Shown piece after piece: positions 62,034 through 64,000 of a stretch of 64,000 nt of DNA; positions within the stretch are counted from its first letter, which is position 1; every line of letters starts with the position of its first letter. Source of the stretch: Callorhinchus milii (lineage: Eukaryota); NCBI RefSeq assembly GCF_018977255.1, contig NW_024704758.1:5456001-5520000 (forward strand), read 5' to 3'. The notes beneath the pieces are model-generated. The model was not told where the DNA came from, did not search any database, and saw only the letters and a list, made by a program, of their open reading frames with translations. The position numbers and the translations under genes are program-made.

Positions 62034-62869
62034 CTGATCTTTTCATCCTATTAACTCTCCTGCTAAACCTGCAAACCAGCAGAATCTGAATAGCTTTCCA
62101 CTGAGCAAGGCTTGAGTCTTAGACAAGGTACCACCAGGTACACTCTTCTCTTAAAGAGCTGCACATATCTTGCCAGGCAATGGTTCTGTAATGGGACTAA
62201 AGCTCAGGGAAGGAGAGTAGACACTTTAGACTTAATAACCTTGCAAAGAGAATGGGGCACATGCAGAATTGATTGTCCAGGCAGGTGGGCTCAGGCAGAT
62301 TAGATTACGTGAACCAATTTGAGAGGCAATTAGATTTTTTTGGTTGAAGTGATCAAATTGAGCGTGATAGACTGAGCTGCATGTAAATGTTTTTATTTCA
62401 GGACCACCAGATGGAAAATAAAGAGCTCTACCTGACTACCCTCAATAGATTTTATTTTAAGAGTTTGAAAGTTCGCATATGAGGCTGGTGTTAACTAGCA
62501 TGCTTTTTCCTGAAATAGTAAAATCCATGACCTACTGCTGAACTTGACACTTCTTTTGGTTCCTTGTGATAAAGTGAACACAAGCCATAAACACTTGAAA
62601 TAATAATAATCCTTATCCATTTGATACAATGCCTTTTACATCTGGAAGCTGTCTCAATGTGCTTCAAAAGCTCTTCACATAAAGTGCAGTGACTGTTTTG
62701 TGGGCAAATGCGGCATGTACTTAGCTCACAGCAGTGTCCCCCAAACAGCCAGGAAGTGAATAACTGGGATTGTTGCCCAAAACACTGGGAGAAACTCCCC
62801 TCTCTTTTCAAATAGCAGCGTAGGATCTTCAGTTTCCTTCTGAACAGATAGACTTGTAGCTATCCCACT

Positions 62870-63165
62870 GGAGTCCTGAAGCTCAGTGGTTAGAGCACTC
62901 ACCTCGCAAATGAGAGACCTGGCAGGGTAAAACCTTTGGTAAATTTCCTTACTCCACGTGCCTGGTAATAATCCCTCAAGGAAATAAATAAAACAACAAT
63001 TTGGTCACTCAATCCATGATTGTTTGCGGAACGTTGCTGTGCGCAATTGGATGTTGAGTTTTGTCCACAAATATACAGTCAATTCACTTTACAGTATATT
63101 CTGTGAAGAGCTTTGGGACGTCTAGAAGACGTGAAAAGCACTATATCAAATGCAAGGATTATCAT
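62870..63165 (+). mobile_element. SINE nested within an older minus-strand SINE (host ~62600-62850 and 63170-63340)
   Basis: ggagtcctgaagctcagtggttagagc...aaatgcaaggattat. Both flanks are reverse-complement matches to the older family at 8773-9180. Confidence 0.85.
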
Positions 63166-64000
63166 AGTCTGAAGGGGTCAGTTTAACATCTCATCCAAAG
63201 TATGGCATCTCCAGTAATGCAGCAAATCTCTACCACTGCCTTGTAGTGTCAGAACTCATCGTGTCTAAGCTAAGTCCTGATGTGGGTCTTGAACCCACAA
63301 CCTTCTGATGTAGAGGTGAGAGTGCTACCAACTGAGCCACAGTGAAACTGCTTGCTGCAGCGATTGATTTCTACCTTCACTCAGGATAACTAAGAAATGC
63401 TTCAAGCTGGTTTACTCCATGGTCTGTACGAGAATTGTGCTTTGCAGAGGATTTAATATTTTCGTTTGATTTCTTGAATGAAAGTACGATTTGCTTTTGA
63501 ACTCTACTAACATTATTCTATTCATTTTAATTTCTTTTATGGCAGGGGTAAAATGTGTATGCATTGAAGTAACTGAACAATTTGCTTTTGAAGTCTACTA
63601 ACATTATTCCATTCATTTTAATTTCCTCCTTTTATGTAGGAGGAAATTAAATGTAGGGTGCGATTTGTATGGATCGAAGTAACTGACATTGTAAAAANTA
63701 CCCCCAGTGAGAGGTTTTAGCTTCTCATGTAGGGGAGGTTACTTACTCATAGATTAGGAAGATAATAATAATAATCCTTGCATTTGATATGTGCCTTATC
63801 TTGTCATGGAAATATCTCAAAGCATTTCACAGGATATACTGTGAAGTGGTTTGACCGTATTTTGTATTCATGGGTTATGCCTCAGTTAGTCTATGACTGA
63901 CAGACTGGCTGCTGAATGGTATCAGTTGATTACCCAGAACATTTGACACTCAAACTCTACACAGTAGTAAGAAGATGGATTTGCTGTTCTATTCCAAGGT

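Noticed and set aside
61785-62054. Recurrent small ORFs 'MGKFPYST...CKDYYYY' (18023, 20901, 28399, 40315, 61785) resembling a peptide family
   Set aside because: They are incidental translations of SINE copies, mostly with non-ATG starts, and poly-Tyr comes from the (TTA)n tail.

Overview
Vertebrate genomic DNA, most likely a cartilaginous fish such as a chimaera. The species call is an inference from the dense tRNA-derived Deu-type SINEs and L2/CR1 LINEs. Two genes lie in tandem on the + strand. (1) The 3' half of USH1C (harmonin) has 11 exons at 608-34811. These cover the isoform-b coiled-coil/PST exons, PDZ3, an alternative penultimate exon ending ...GYLLQL* and the terminal exon giving ...EDEVTFF*. 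(2) ABCC8 (SUR1) coding exons 1-7 lie at 48628-61530 (392 codons: TMD0, L0 and the start of TMD1). All reconstructed exons have GT-AG boundaries and join in frame. The gene order USH1C then ABCC8 matches mammals. The intergenic region holds a 617-bp solo LTR (8-bp terminal inverted repeat, 4-bp TSD) and a CpG-rich segment with a near-consensus RE1/NRSE followed by a strong orphan splice donor, a candidate distal REST-controlled ABCC8 promoter and first exon. Introns contain nested SINE/L2 insertions, an inverted L2 pair, a MITE-like family, a perfect 22-bp hairpin and simple repeats. No CRISPR array or stand-alone tRNA/rRNA gene is supported. Comparisons to human proteins and repeat families are from recall, not database searches.
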